A DNA stretch of 64,000 bases from a virus (taxonomy: Duplodnaviria > Caudoviricetes). Both the position numbers and the translations under genes were made by a program. The first letter of the stretch is position 1. Each line of letters starts with the position of its first letter. Below are positions 40,701-48,271 of the stretch, piece after piece. The notes below the pieces were generated by a model that worked only from the letters and a program-made list of their open reading frames with translations, did no database searches and had not been told where the DNA came from. The stretch is from the IMG/VR virus record IMGVR_UViG_3300044633_001982. One strand, given 5' to 3'.

Positions 40701-43700
40701 GGATGTTGTAATTCCGCATGTTCTATTTCATCAACTATTAGTGGAGGGTATAAAAACACAACAAGTGGGTCATATAGTTTTATAGGGGGTGGTAGGAACA
40801 ATACCACTAGTAATATCTATGGTTCAATTATTAATGGTACCGGAAATACCTCATCGTCTGTTTCATCATTAATTGGTAACGGTATTGGTAATACTGTCTC
40901 ATCAAGATATGGTAGTGTAATTAATGGTATATGTAATTTATCACAAGGAGCTTCTTTTAACACCATCACTAATGGATGTTTGAATAACATATGTGGTAAA
41001 ACCTCTTGTTTTTCAAGTATTATTAATGGTAGTGGTAATACAATTAATACGTCAACATACTCATTTATAGGTAATGGTAGTGGTAATACATTATCAGCAA
41101 ACACAACAGGGTCATTCATTTCTAATGGTTATAACAATATTGTTTCGGGGTGTAGCTCTTATATAGGTAATGGTAACTCTAATACTATAAGTGGTAATTA
41201 TTCCGCAATTATTAATGCCGGTAAAGGATTTACCTATGGGGGAAGTATTATATGTGGTTCACACTCAACAATAATAAGTAATAATGGAAACGTTGGTAAA
41301 TGTGGGGGATGGATTTGTGGGGACTCAAATTTAATCGGTAATTCAACATCATCTTGTATTTGGCGTAATACTTTTTCATTACAAATGAACACCAATTGCT
41401 CTCAAATTATTGATGGTAATGATAAAGGATGTTCTTATAATCAAATTATTGGAGGTACTAATAGTTTTGTTTGTGGTAGTTACGCGACCACTGTTATTAA
41501 TGGATTTGGACATCAGATTAATAATGTGACTTACGGTTTTGTTGGTAATGGTAGTCATGTTATGGGAGGTCATAATAATGTTACAACGTCGGGTTATACA
41601 TCAATAATAAATGGAAATAGTAATATTATTTGTTTTTCATCTCATTCGTTTATTGGTGGAGGGACATCAAACAGAATATGTGGGGCAGCTAAAAATTTGA
41701 CAGGTGTTTGGTCATTTATTGGTAGTGGTTTTGGTAACGGAACTTGTGGAGGTACACCTGATTGGAACAATTTAGTATTTTCACCATCAGGTGCTGTAAC
41801 TCAATCATCAGGAACTTTTTCATTTATTGGAAATGGATTTCAAAATAATACGACAGGAAGCGGGTCAACGGTTGTTAACGGTTATTGTAATTATAACAAT
41901 GCTGATTGGTCATTTGTGGGTAATGGTAGTGGTAATACATTAAATGCGTGTTACTCAACTGTTGTTAATGGAATTGGTAACTGTATTTGTAATTTAGCAT
42001 ATTACGGCTCAATACTTGTTGGAAGTGGTAATACTAATAGTGGTTGTTATTCTACTATTGTAAGTGGTAATAGAAATAATATAGTTTCAAGACCATCTTC
42101 ATTTATTGGTGGTGGGTGTTGTAATATTATAAGTGCTAACGTTTCTACATTTTTAATTACTGTTGTTGGAGGATGTTGTAATATTGGTTCAGGAGGTAAT
42201 TCATTTATAGGTGCTGGAAGTTGTAACTCTAATAGTGGTGGGACATCATTTATTGGTGCGGGAGCTTGTAACACAGTATCATCAAGCTATTCTTCAATTG
42301 TTGGTGGAAGAGGGAATACTATTAATACTGGTTCTTATTCATCTATTTTAGGTGGGATTTCAAATACTGTTTCTGGAGGTTATAGTGCGGTTTTAGGAGG
42401 ATGTGGTAACACCTCAAGTAGTAAATATTCAACTATTGGCGGGGGATGTTTGAATACTAATTCAAGTGTTGCAGGATTTATAGGTGGTGGTCTTAGAAAC
42501 TCAGGACTTACAGGTAATTATGTTACTGTAGTTGGAGGTGAATTAAATTGTACAATAGGTGCTTGGTCATTTATTGGTGGAGGACAATGTAATAGAAGTT
42601 GTTGTTCTTATTCTTTTATTGGTGGAGGACAATGTAATGTTATTTCAGGACAAAGTACGACAATTGGTGGAGGGTTTAAAAATTCTGCGTGTTGTGACTT
42701 TGCGTTTTTAGGAGGGGGGTATCAAGGGATATCAAATGGGTGTTATTCAGTATTAGGAGGAGGTTTAAATAATATTTCTTGTTTATTCTCAACATCTGTT
42801 TTAGGAGGTGCTAATAATTCTGGTCATACTTCATACTCATTTATTGGTGGTGGTATTTGTAATGCGGTTACTTCAGGTAGTGATTGTTCAGTAATTAATG
42901 GTGGATTCTGTAATAGGATATCTAATTTAAATTCATTTGTTGGTGGAGGAGGGTGTAATTCGGTTACAGGTCAATTTAGTGGTATTGTTGGAGGTAGTGG
43001 AAATACTGTGTCGTCTAATTTTTCATTCGCTGCTGGATGTGGATTAACCGCTTCTGTGGCATGTACATTCTATTCTAATAATTTTTGTGGAACCACTTCA
43101 GTTAACTCTCCAAGTTTTAGCGGTTCTGTTGGTACTATTTCAGGAACAAAAGGAAGTATAACTATAAGCGGTAGTTCCGTAGGAGCGTTAACCACATTTT
43201 GTGGAAGTGGAACAGTCGGAGGCGCTAGTTACATAGATTTTATTAGAGTTACCAATAACTCAGGAGGTGCAACAAACCCAAATAAAACTTTTAGAGTGAA
43301 TGGTACAGGAGGACTTGAAGTCGTTAACAGCACTTATGGTACAATTATACTCTCACTTACGGATGCCGGAGTATTAAGTACACCAGGAGGTGGAACATCC
43401 GATTTAAGAAGAAAAATAAATGTTCAGTATATTAATGATGAAATCACACCACATATTTTAAATCTAAAACCTGTTAAATTTGAATATAAAGATTATAGTG
43501 GTACAACAAGACACGGTTTTGTAGCACAAGATGTACTTATTGCATACCCTGAATTAGTGCTTGGCGATGGTGAAAAAGAAGACGGAACATACGGACTAGA
43601 TTATGATGGTATTTTATCTCTAACAGTTAAATCATTACAAGAAACAATATTAAGAGTTGAAAAACTTGAAAAAGAAATTGAATTACTTAAAAATTCATCT

Positions 43701-43709
43701 TCACAATAA
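37785..43709 (+). CDS. Long tail fibre: Gly/Ser/Asn/Cys beta-roll repeats with a C-terminal peptidase S74 intramolecular chaperone
   Basis: Dozens of ~15-aa NxxSGxxSxI/VGGG repeats (YadA-head-like); TSDLRRKINVQ...LKPVKFEYK...HGFVAQDV...YPELV...LDYDGI plus a terminal coiled coil. Confidence 0.88.
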   Translation: MSTFPYKNPISSEQLNGVQSVERSETFGTNFSVLGVGGYMEVFNLTDLVYTIPSATFGPIEYSGNTIPIQFTKGTGAVFSPDVLTLNSDNISSGRKRLGMLAYVYEDDQVYQFRIDNYESLWSAVTATTAITFYDFGTTINNTTVASQNFINAWTASTIEGVGGATHATAIWKKYGSTGSTSSASTLYITGTGINSTIRCGVNNTAAGDFGGALAGSGNTASGNYSFVGGGQGNTSSNYFSTIGGGGFHTSSGFYSTVGGGRCNTSSSYNSTVSGGYCNTSSSKYSTVGGGYKNNSSSKYSTVGGGVGNTASGYNSTVGGGVGNTASSYNSTVSGGYQNTSSSKYSTVSGGYQNTASGNNSTVGGGQGNTASSYYSTVGGGQGNTSSSEYSTVGGGKCNIVTGKGVCSSILGGNYNSVESQASSILGGLGNIVKSYAGNINGGVSNIIGKGITYSNLYCTNSGYNRVYLSGDVTALYPNGDTVQFFNNYDGNLIKGDITNSSYSGGYTCLDLSVNTGSNVYSTPIINLNNVGIYGCFNTINGGYVNSISSQYYATIGGGHTNCATGNGSTIGGGEDNESIGPVSTIGGGNGNTTNGNGSTIGGGSVNTANCFWSTIGGGNSNTATCDYSIVGGGYKNTSSGCYSSVLGGLINCASGNSSIIGGGKCNWANGGCATVSGGYKNYSNGPSSFIGGGQLNTGTSVNSVIAGGQVNCVTGSSGTIGGGYKNISYGDFSTISGGYFNCAVGGCSSILGGYKNNSCGTHSAVVGGTGNNAVGTCSFIGGGSSNSATGLTSTIGGGINNCAYGACSSVLGGKCNTSSGIYSTISGGYRNFSCGSYSSVVGGRFNTSSGIYSTISGGYRNIVSGCTSFIGGGTLNCSCGNQSSILNGQSNIITPSFANVTILNGSSNTGNTSNSVILAGCSNILSGASSKFAYTIIGNGCLNRVLGDTSNILNGFNNLVSSLGTFTTILNGCCNSACSISSTISGGYKNTTSGSYSFIGGGRNNTTSNIYGSIINGTGNTSSSVSSLIGNGIGNTVSSRYGSVINGICNLSQGASFNTITNGCLNNICGKTSCFSSIINGSGNTINTSTYSFIGNGSGNTLSANTTGSFISNGYNNIVSGCSSYIGNGNSNTISGNYSAIINAGKGFTYGGSIICGSHSTIISNNGNVGKCGGWICGDSNLIGNSTSSCIWRNTFSLQMNTNCSQIIDGNDKGCSYNQIIGGTNSFVCGSYATTVINGFGHQINNVTYGFVGNGSHVMGGHNNVTTSGYTSIINGNSNIICFSSHSFIGGGTSNRICGAAKNLTGVWSFIGSGFGNGTCGGTPDWNNLVFSPSGAVTQSSGTFSFIGNGFQNNTTGSGSTVVNGYCNYNNADWSFVGNGSGNTLNACYSTVVNGIGNCICNLAYYGSILVGSGNTNSGCYSTIVSGNRNNIVSRPSSFIGGGCCNIISANVSTFLITVVGGCCNIGSGGNSFIGAGSCNSNSGGTSFIGAGACNTVSSSYSSIVGGRGNTINTGSYSSILGGISNTVSGGYSAVLGGCGNTSSSKYSTIGGGCLNTNSSVAGFIGGGLRNSGLTGNYVTVVGGELNCTIGAWSFIGGGQCNRSCCSYSFIGGGQCNVISGQSTTIGGGFKNSACCDFAFLGGGYQGISNGCYSVLGGGLNNISCLFSTSVLGGANNSGHTSYSFIGGGICNAVTSGSDCSVINGGFCNRISNLNSFVGGGGCNSVTGQFSGIVGGSGNTVSSNFSFAAGCGLTASVACTFYSNNFCGTTSVNSPSFSGSVGTISGTKGSITISGSSVGALTTFCGSGTVGGASYIDFIRVTNNSGGATNPNKTFRVNGTGGLEVVNSTYGTIILSLTDAGVLSTPGGGTSDLRRKINVQYINDEITPHILNLKPVKFEYKDYSGTTRHGFVAQDVLIAYPELVLGDGEKEDGTYGLDYDGILSLTVKSLQETILRVEKLEKEIELLKNSSSQ
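38439..38978 (+). repeat. 12 tandem in-frame 45-nt repeats in the tail fibre
   Basis: Unit such as AACACCTCAAGTAGTAAATACTCAACCGTAAGTGGGGGATATCAA (NTSSSKYSTVSGGYQ); 540 nt = 12 x 45. Confidence 0.9.
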
Positions 43710-43728
43710 CTAATACATATTTTATATT
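43700..43728 (+). promoter_or_regulatory. Candidate early/middle promoter TTCACA-N17-TATATT for the modification cassette
   Basis: TTCACA at 43700-43705, TATATT at 43723-43728; same geometry as the promoters at 9764 and 59544. Confidence 0.4.
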
Positions 43729-43729
43729 T

Positions 43730-43747
43730 TAATCAAAGCTTTGATTA
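43730..43747. promoter_or_regulatory. Perfect 18-bp palindrome TAATCAAAGCTTTGATTA overlapping the GT start codon
   Basis: Exact inverted symmetry; its last A is the A of ATG 43747. Function unknown. Confidence 0.4.
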
Positions 43748-44637
43748 TGAATATAATTTTCCAAATTAATGGTGGTATAGGTAAATGTATTTTGGCAACC
43801 GCAGTTACCGAAGTAATTAAAAAAAAATACCCAAATTCTAAACTTATTGTTGTCTCAGGATATCCTGATGTTTTCTTAAACAATCCACATGTTGACCGAG
43901 CGTTTAATTTTGGTGAACATTCTTATTTTTATTCTGACTATATTGAAGATAAAGAATTCAAACTTTTGGCTCATGACCCATACCTTGAAACTAACCATAT
44001 TAATAAAACAGAACATTTAATTGAAACTTGGTGTAAACTATTTGATTTAGAATATAATGGTGAACAACCAAACATATATCTAACTGAGAGAGAGATTAAT
44101 TTCTTTTCAAGAAAATACACAACTGATAAACCAATCATGGTTATTCAAACTAATGGAGGGGTTGAACAAAATTTGAAATACTCTTGGGCTCGTGACATTC
44201 CATTCCATATTGTTGAAAGTGTGATTGAAAAATTTAAATATGGTTACACTATTTTTCACCTGAAAAGAGAAGACCAACCATCTTTCGCTAATACAATCCC
44301 TGTCACTGATACTTTTAGGTCAGTTGCAACTTTAATTGCGATAAGTAATAAAAGATTTTTTATGGATAGTTTTGGTCAACATGTTGCGGGAGCTCTAAAA
44401 TTAGAATCCACAGTTTTGTGGATTGTTAACTCACCAAAAGTATTTGGATATGAAACAAATAAAAATATTGTTTCAAACCAATTCACAAAAAAACCAGAAT
44501 TAAAAATGTCATATTTAAACAAGTTTAACATAATGGGAGAACCTTTGGAATTCCCATATAATGATGAGTTTGAAATGTTTGACATTGAGAACATATTAAA
44601 TTCTTTAAGTAACAATGAACATCCCGATACCAAATAA
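43747..44637 (+). CDS. Glycosyltransferase, GT9 (heptosyltransferase)-like
   Basis: GGIGKCILATAV...KKKYPNSKLIVV...VFLNNPHVD at the N-terminus and MDSFGQHVAGAL...TVLW in the C-domain. Confidence 0.8.
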   Translation: MNIIFQINGGIGKCILATAVTEVIKKKYPNSKLIVVSGYPDVFLNNPHVDRAFNFGEHSYFYSDYIEDKEFKLLAHDPYLETNHINKTEHLIETWCKLFDLEYNGEQPNIYLTEREINFFSRKYTTDKPIMVIQTNGGVEQNLKYSWARDIPFHIVESVIEKFKYGYTIFHLKREDQPSFANTIPVTDTFRSVATLIAISNKRFFMDSFGQHVAGALKLESTVLWIVNSPKVFGYETNKNIVSNQFTKKPELKMSYLNKFNIMGEPLEFPYNDEFEMFDIENILNSLSNNEHPDTK

Positions 44638-45001
44638 AATTGAAGTGAAATCGTCCCCAATTCACGGATTTGGGGTTTTCGCGATTGAAAAAATATTAAA
44701 AGATGAAATAATTGAAACCTGTTATTCAATTTTTTTCAAAACAGATTTAGGGTCAAACGATGATATATTACTAAAATATCGTTTCTCATATCCTTGTGGG
44801 GCATCTCCAATAAAGTACGCAATACCTCTTGGGTATGGGTGTATTTACAATCATAGTGATGATAATAATGCAACATGGACATGTGATTCAGATAATGGAA
44901 TGTATTATTTTATTGCGGTTAAAGATATTGAGCCAGGTGAAGAAATTTGTACATCATATGGAAAAAAAGAATATTGGGAATCAGTAAAAAAAATATATTA
45001 A
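44615..45001 (+). CDS. Minimal SET-domain protein (lysine methyltransferase fold)
   Basis: SPIHGFGVFA, YNHSDDNNA, DIEPGEEICTSYG; 128 aa with no post-SET Cys cluster. Confidence 0.9.
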   Translation: MNIPIPNKIEVKSSPIHGFGVFAIEKILKDEIIETCYSIFFKTDLGSNDDILLKYRFSYPCGASPIKYAIPLGYGCIYNHSDDNNATWTCDSDNGMYYFIAVKDIEPGEEICTSYGKKEYWESVKKIY

Positions 45002-45003
45002 AA

Positions 45004-45828
45004 ATGGAAAGATTATTTTTTCAGAGTTCACTACCACGAGCAGGTAGTACTCTACTACAAAACATTTTAGCTCAAAACCCTGACATATACGCAACACCAA
45101 CAAGTGGTGTTTTAGAGTTAGTGTACGCGGCTAGAGCAAACTATAGTAATTCACCTGAATTCAAAGCTCAGGACCCTGAACTTATGAAAAACGCATTTTT
45201 ATCTTTTTGTAAAGAGGGGTTAACTGGTTTTTATGAAAGTATTACTGATAAAAAATATGTGGTTGATAAAAGTAGAGGATGGGGTGTCCATTATGGATTT
45301 TTACAACAAATTGTTGATAAACCAAAAGTTGTTTGTATGGTGAGAGACCTTAGAGATATCTATACCTCTATGGAAAAAAACTTTAGAAAAAATCAGCACA
45401 AAGATTTTGGGATTGTAAATCATTCGGATTTGAAAGGAACATCAACACCTAAAAGAATAGACATATGGGCAAACTCACAACCTGTTGGTATGGCGATTGA
45501 AAGACTACAAGAAATTTTCAGACAAGGTATTAATGAAAATATGATGTTTGTTAAGTATGAGGATTTATGTTTGTATCCCGATTTAATCATGAGAAAAATT
45601 TATGAATATTTTGAAATACCTTATTTTGAACATGATTTTGAAAACATTGAACAAATAACAAAAGAAGATGATGAAGTGTATGGTATTTTTGGGGACCATA
45701 AGATAAAAAAGACTTTAGAGTTATTACCATCGGATGCTCAAAAAATTTTAGGTTCAGATATTTGTGATTGGATTTATAATAATTATGGGTGGTATAACGA
45801 GATTTTTAAGTACCCTAAAAATATGTAG
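45004..45828 (+). CDS. PAPS-dependent sulfotransferase
   Basis: 5'-PSB SLPRAGSTLL, VVDKSRGW, 3'-PB VRDLRDIYTS, FVKYEDL; ATG 45004 is preferred over 44947. Confidence 0.88.
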   Translation: MERLFFQSSLPRAGSTLLQNILAQNPDIYATPTSGVLELVYAARANYSNSPEFKAQDPELMKNAFLSFCKEGLTGFYESITDKKYVVDKSRGWGVHYGFLQQIVDKPKVVCMVRDLRDIYTSMEKNFRKNQHKDFGIVNHSDLKGTSTPKRIDIWANSQPVGMAIERLQEIFRQGINENMMFVKYEDLCLYPDLIMRKIYEYFEIPYFEHDFENIEQITKEDDEVYGIFGDHKIKKTLELLPSDAQKILGSDICDWIYNNYGWYNEIFKYPKNM

Positions 45829-45836
45829 TTTATTGG

Positions 45837-45844
45837 TATTTATA
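45837..45844 (+). promoter_or_regulatory. Candidate late-promoter element TATTTATA
   Basis: 5 nt upstream of ATG 45850. Confidence 0.5.
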
Positions 45845-45849
45845 TTTGA

Positions 45850-48219
45850 ATGAGTTGCTACATAACAATCCCAAATATAAGCGGTACCCCACCCTATCAG
45901 ATAACTGTTTGCGATAATAACAATAATAATTGTTTTCTTGCGGCATATGAGTTATCATATGTACCTCCAACAATATATGTTGATGTCCCATCCGATTGGT
46001 CAGGTTTACCATTTGTGATTGTTTCAGTACAAAGTTCAGAAGGTTGTGAAGAAATTCAATTTGTACCTACCACACCTACACCAACACCTACCCCAACTGC
46101 CACTTCTGTAGGGCCGACACCGACACCAACAATTACACCAAGTATTACTCCATCTATAACACCTACTAAATCAGTACCTGTACCTCCATATTTCCAAGTT
46201 CAAAATATTAATGGAGCGAACCCTCAGTCAATAACTTTAAACGCTAAATTAAATAGTAAATTTACGGTAGATTTTGGAGATGGGACAGCTCCGTTAAATT
46301 ATTCAATTACTAACCCTTCTTACACTGGCGCTACAAATTTAGTCGCATTAAGTAAAAGTTATGTACCTTCAGATTATATTACAACAATATATGATTTAAG
46401 ATATGGTTCACCTACTTTTCCAAATTCCGCTGACGGTTTAAGGGATATATATGTTGATAAAATATCTAAAATTTTTGTGAATGATTATACCTTTACTGCA
46501 TTTACTAGTTTAGACGGAATATATATCACTAATTCTACTGTCGATACTTTTAAATTTGCATTGACAAACGCCTTTGATGTTTTTACTTATCAATACAACT
46601 CGGCAACTACTTTTGATTTTGAAATATTAAATCCAACATCTATTACTCAGTTACAGAATGTTTATTATCGTTATAATAATTTTACTTCGGCGACTATTAA
46701 TTATTCGGGATATACTACAACTTCACGACCCGCATCACTTGTTATCACAAATAACTCGAGTTTGACAAATCTTAACTTTGCCCCACCTCAAAGCGGAGGT
46801 GTTATTTACATATATGATAATGGACAATTAAGTGATATTAATTTTATAAAACCATTAAGTTCAAGCACTACGGTTTCAAGGATTGACTTACATGCAAATC
46901 GTTTTACAGGGTGGACAACAAATTTCCCAACACAAGTTTCCAGAATTGATATGGAACAACAACAGGGAGGGTTTAGTTTAGGTGTAAACTCATTTAGATA
47001 TTTCTCACCTGATTTGTCAAATAATACAGGTTTGACACAATTAAATTTATATACCAATAGTTTAACAAGTATTACTGAAACTATATCAGGTTGCACATCA
47101 TTGACCAATTTAAGAGTTGATAGAAACCAATTAAATACACTACCACCTATACTTCCGAATTCTATCACTGACCTAACCGCTCATAGTAATTATTTTACAG
47201 GGTATACTTCTAATTTCCCAACGTCCATGAATTACTTTAATATTAATAAAGGGACTGGGAACCCTTCATTACCTACTTGGAATGTTGAAATTACGGGAGC
47301 GACAAATTTACAAACATTTTTGGCTAACTCTGTTGGACTAACTGCGTGGACTAAAAATTTCCCAACGTCAATAGTTACTATAGATTTTAGTGAAAATAGT
47401 CTCACCTCATTCCTTAATTCAATTTCAGGAAACACAAGTTTAGTTACACTATCTCTTAATAATAATAATTTAACTTCAATCCCCCCAATTTTTCCTAACT
47501 CCATTCAAACATTAGAATTACAAAATAATGATTTAACGGGTTATACTAGTAATATTCCAACATCTTTAGTGACCTTCTCAATCGAAAATCAATTTGTGAT
47601 TGGTAACTATATACCTGAATGGTCTCAAGAATTGACAGGTTCTACAAATTTGAATTCTTTTGATATAAGTAGAGTTGGATTAACTGGATGGACTAAGACC
47701 TTCCCGTCTTCAATACGAACAATCGATTTTAATAATAATAATCTTACTAATATTAATTTTGGATTAATGACAGGGGCGACTAATATTAATTTAGGTGTTA
47801 ATTTGACTTTAAGTGCTGCGACTAATTTAAGTGCGGTTACAAATTTAGTAACTCTGTCTTTGAACTCAACTGGTTTTAAAGATTCGTCAGATTTTATACA
47901 AGGAAATTTTCCTAAAACTCTGAAAAATTTTAATATCACTCTTTCTACTAATTTATCAGGATGGACTAATTCTTTTTCGGCTCTGACAGGGTTTACTTAC
48001 GGATATTTCTATAGGACAGATTTAAAAACGGCTGCGGTAGATTTCTTACTTGAGGATTTTTATAAATTGGCGACCGCTAATACATTAACAAATAAAACTT
48101 TATTATTTACTGGAACGTCAATCCCACAACCTGAATCCCCGACAGGTGGTTTATCTAACCCATATTATTTGGCCCTAAAAAATTCCCCATACAATTGGAC
48201 TGTAACTGTAAAACCATAA
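45850..48219 (+). CDS. Appendage protein: shared Cys module + Pro-Thr stalk + PKD-like + leucine-rich repeats
   Basis: GTPPY..VCD...NC...EGC module; PTPT tract; VDFGDGT; LRRs such as LTQLNLYTNSLT, LTNLRVDRNQLNTLPPILPNSITDL, LVTLSLNNNNLTSIPPIFPNSIQTLELQNNDLT. Confidence 0.8.
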   Translation: MSCYITIPNISGTPPYQITVCDNNNNNCFLAAYELSYVPPTIYVDVPSDWSGLPFVIVSVQSSEGCEEIQFVPTTPTPTPTPTATSVGPTPTPTITPSITPSITPTKSVPVPPYFQVQNINGANPQSITLNAKLNSKFTVDFGDGTAPLNYSITNPSYTGATNLVALSKSYVPSDYITTIYDLRYGSPTFPNSADGLRDIYVDKISKIFVNDYTFTAFTSLDGIYITNSTVDTFKFALTNAFDVFTYQYNSATTFDFEILNPTSITQLQNVYYRYNNFTSATINYSGYTTTSRPASLVITNNSSLTNLNFAPPQSGGVIYIYDNGQLSDINFIKPLSSSTTVSRIDLHANRFTGWTTNFPTQVSRIDMEQQQGGFSLGVNSFRYFSPDLSNNTGLTQLNLYTNSLTSITETISGCTSLTNLRVDRNQLNTLPPILPNSITDLTAHSNYFTGYTSNFPTSMNYFNINKGTGNPSLPTWNVEITGATNLQTFLANSVGLTAWTKNFPTSIVTIDFSENSLTSFLNSISGNTSLVTLSLNNNNLTSIPPIFPNSIQTLELQNNDLTGYTSNIPTSLVTFSIENQFVIGNYIPEWSQELTGSTNLNSFDISRVGLTGWTKTFPSSIRTIDFNNNNLTNINFGLMTGATNINLGVNLTLSAATNLSAVTNLVTLSLNSTGFKDSSDFIQGNFPKTLKNFNITLSTNLSGWTNSFSALTGFTYGYFYRTDLKTAAVDFLLEDFYKLATANTLTNKTLLFTGTSIPQPESPTGGLSNPYYLALKNSPYNWTVTVKP

Positions 48220-48251
48220 TGGATTTATTTTTCATAAAACTTATTTAGTAT

Positions 48252-48258
48252 TATTTAT
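48252..48258 (+). promoter_or_regulatory. Candidate late-promoter element TATTTAT
   Basis: 13 nt upstream of ATG 48272; a related TATTTAG lies at 48242. Confidence 0.45.
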
Positions 48259-48271
48259 TATATAGAAAATT

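Noticed and set aside
12693-45003. Longest-ORF starts at 12693, 43741 and 44947
   Set aside because: Downstream ATGs at 12765, 43747 and 45004 avoid long overlaps and fit the family N-termini or leaders better.
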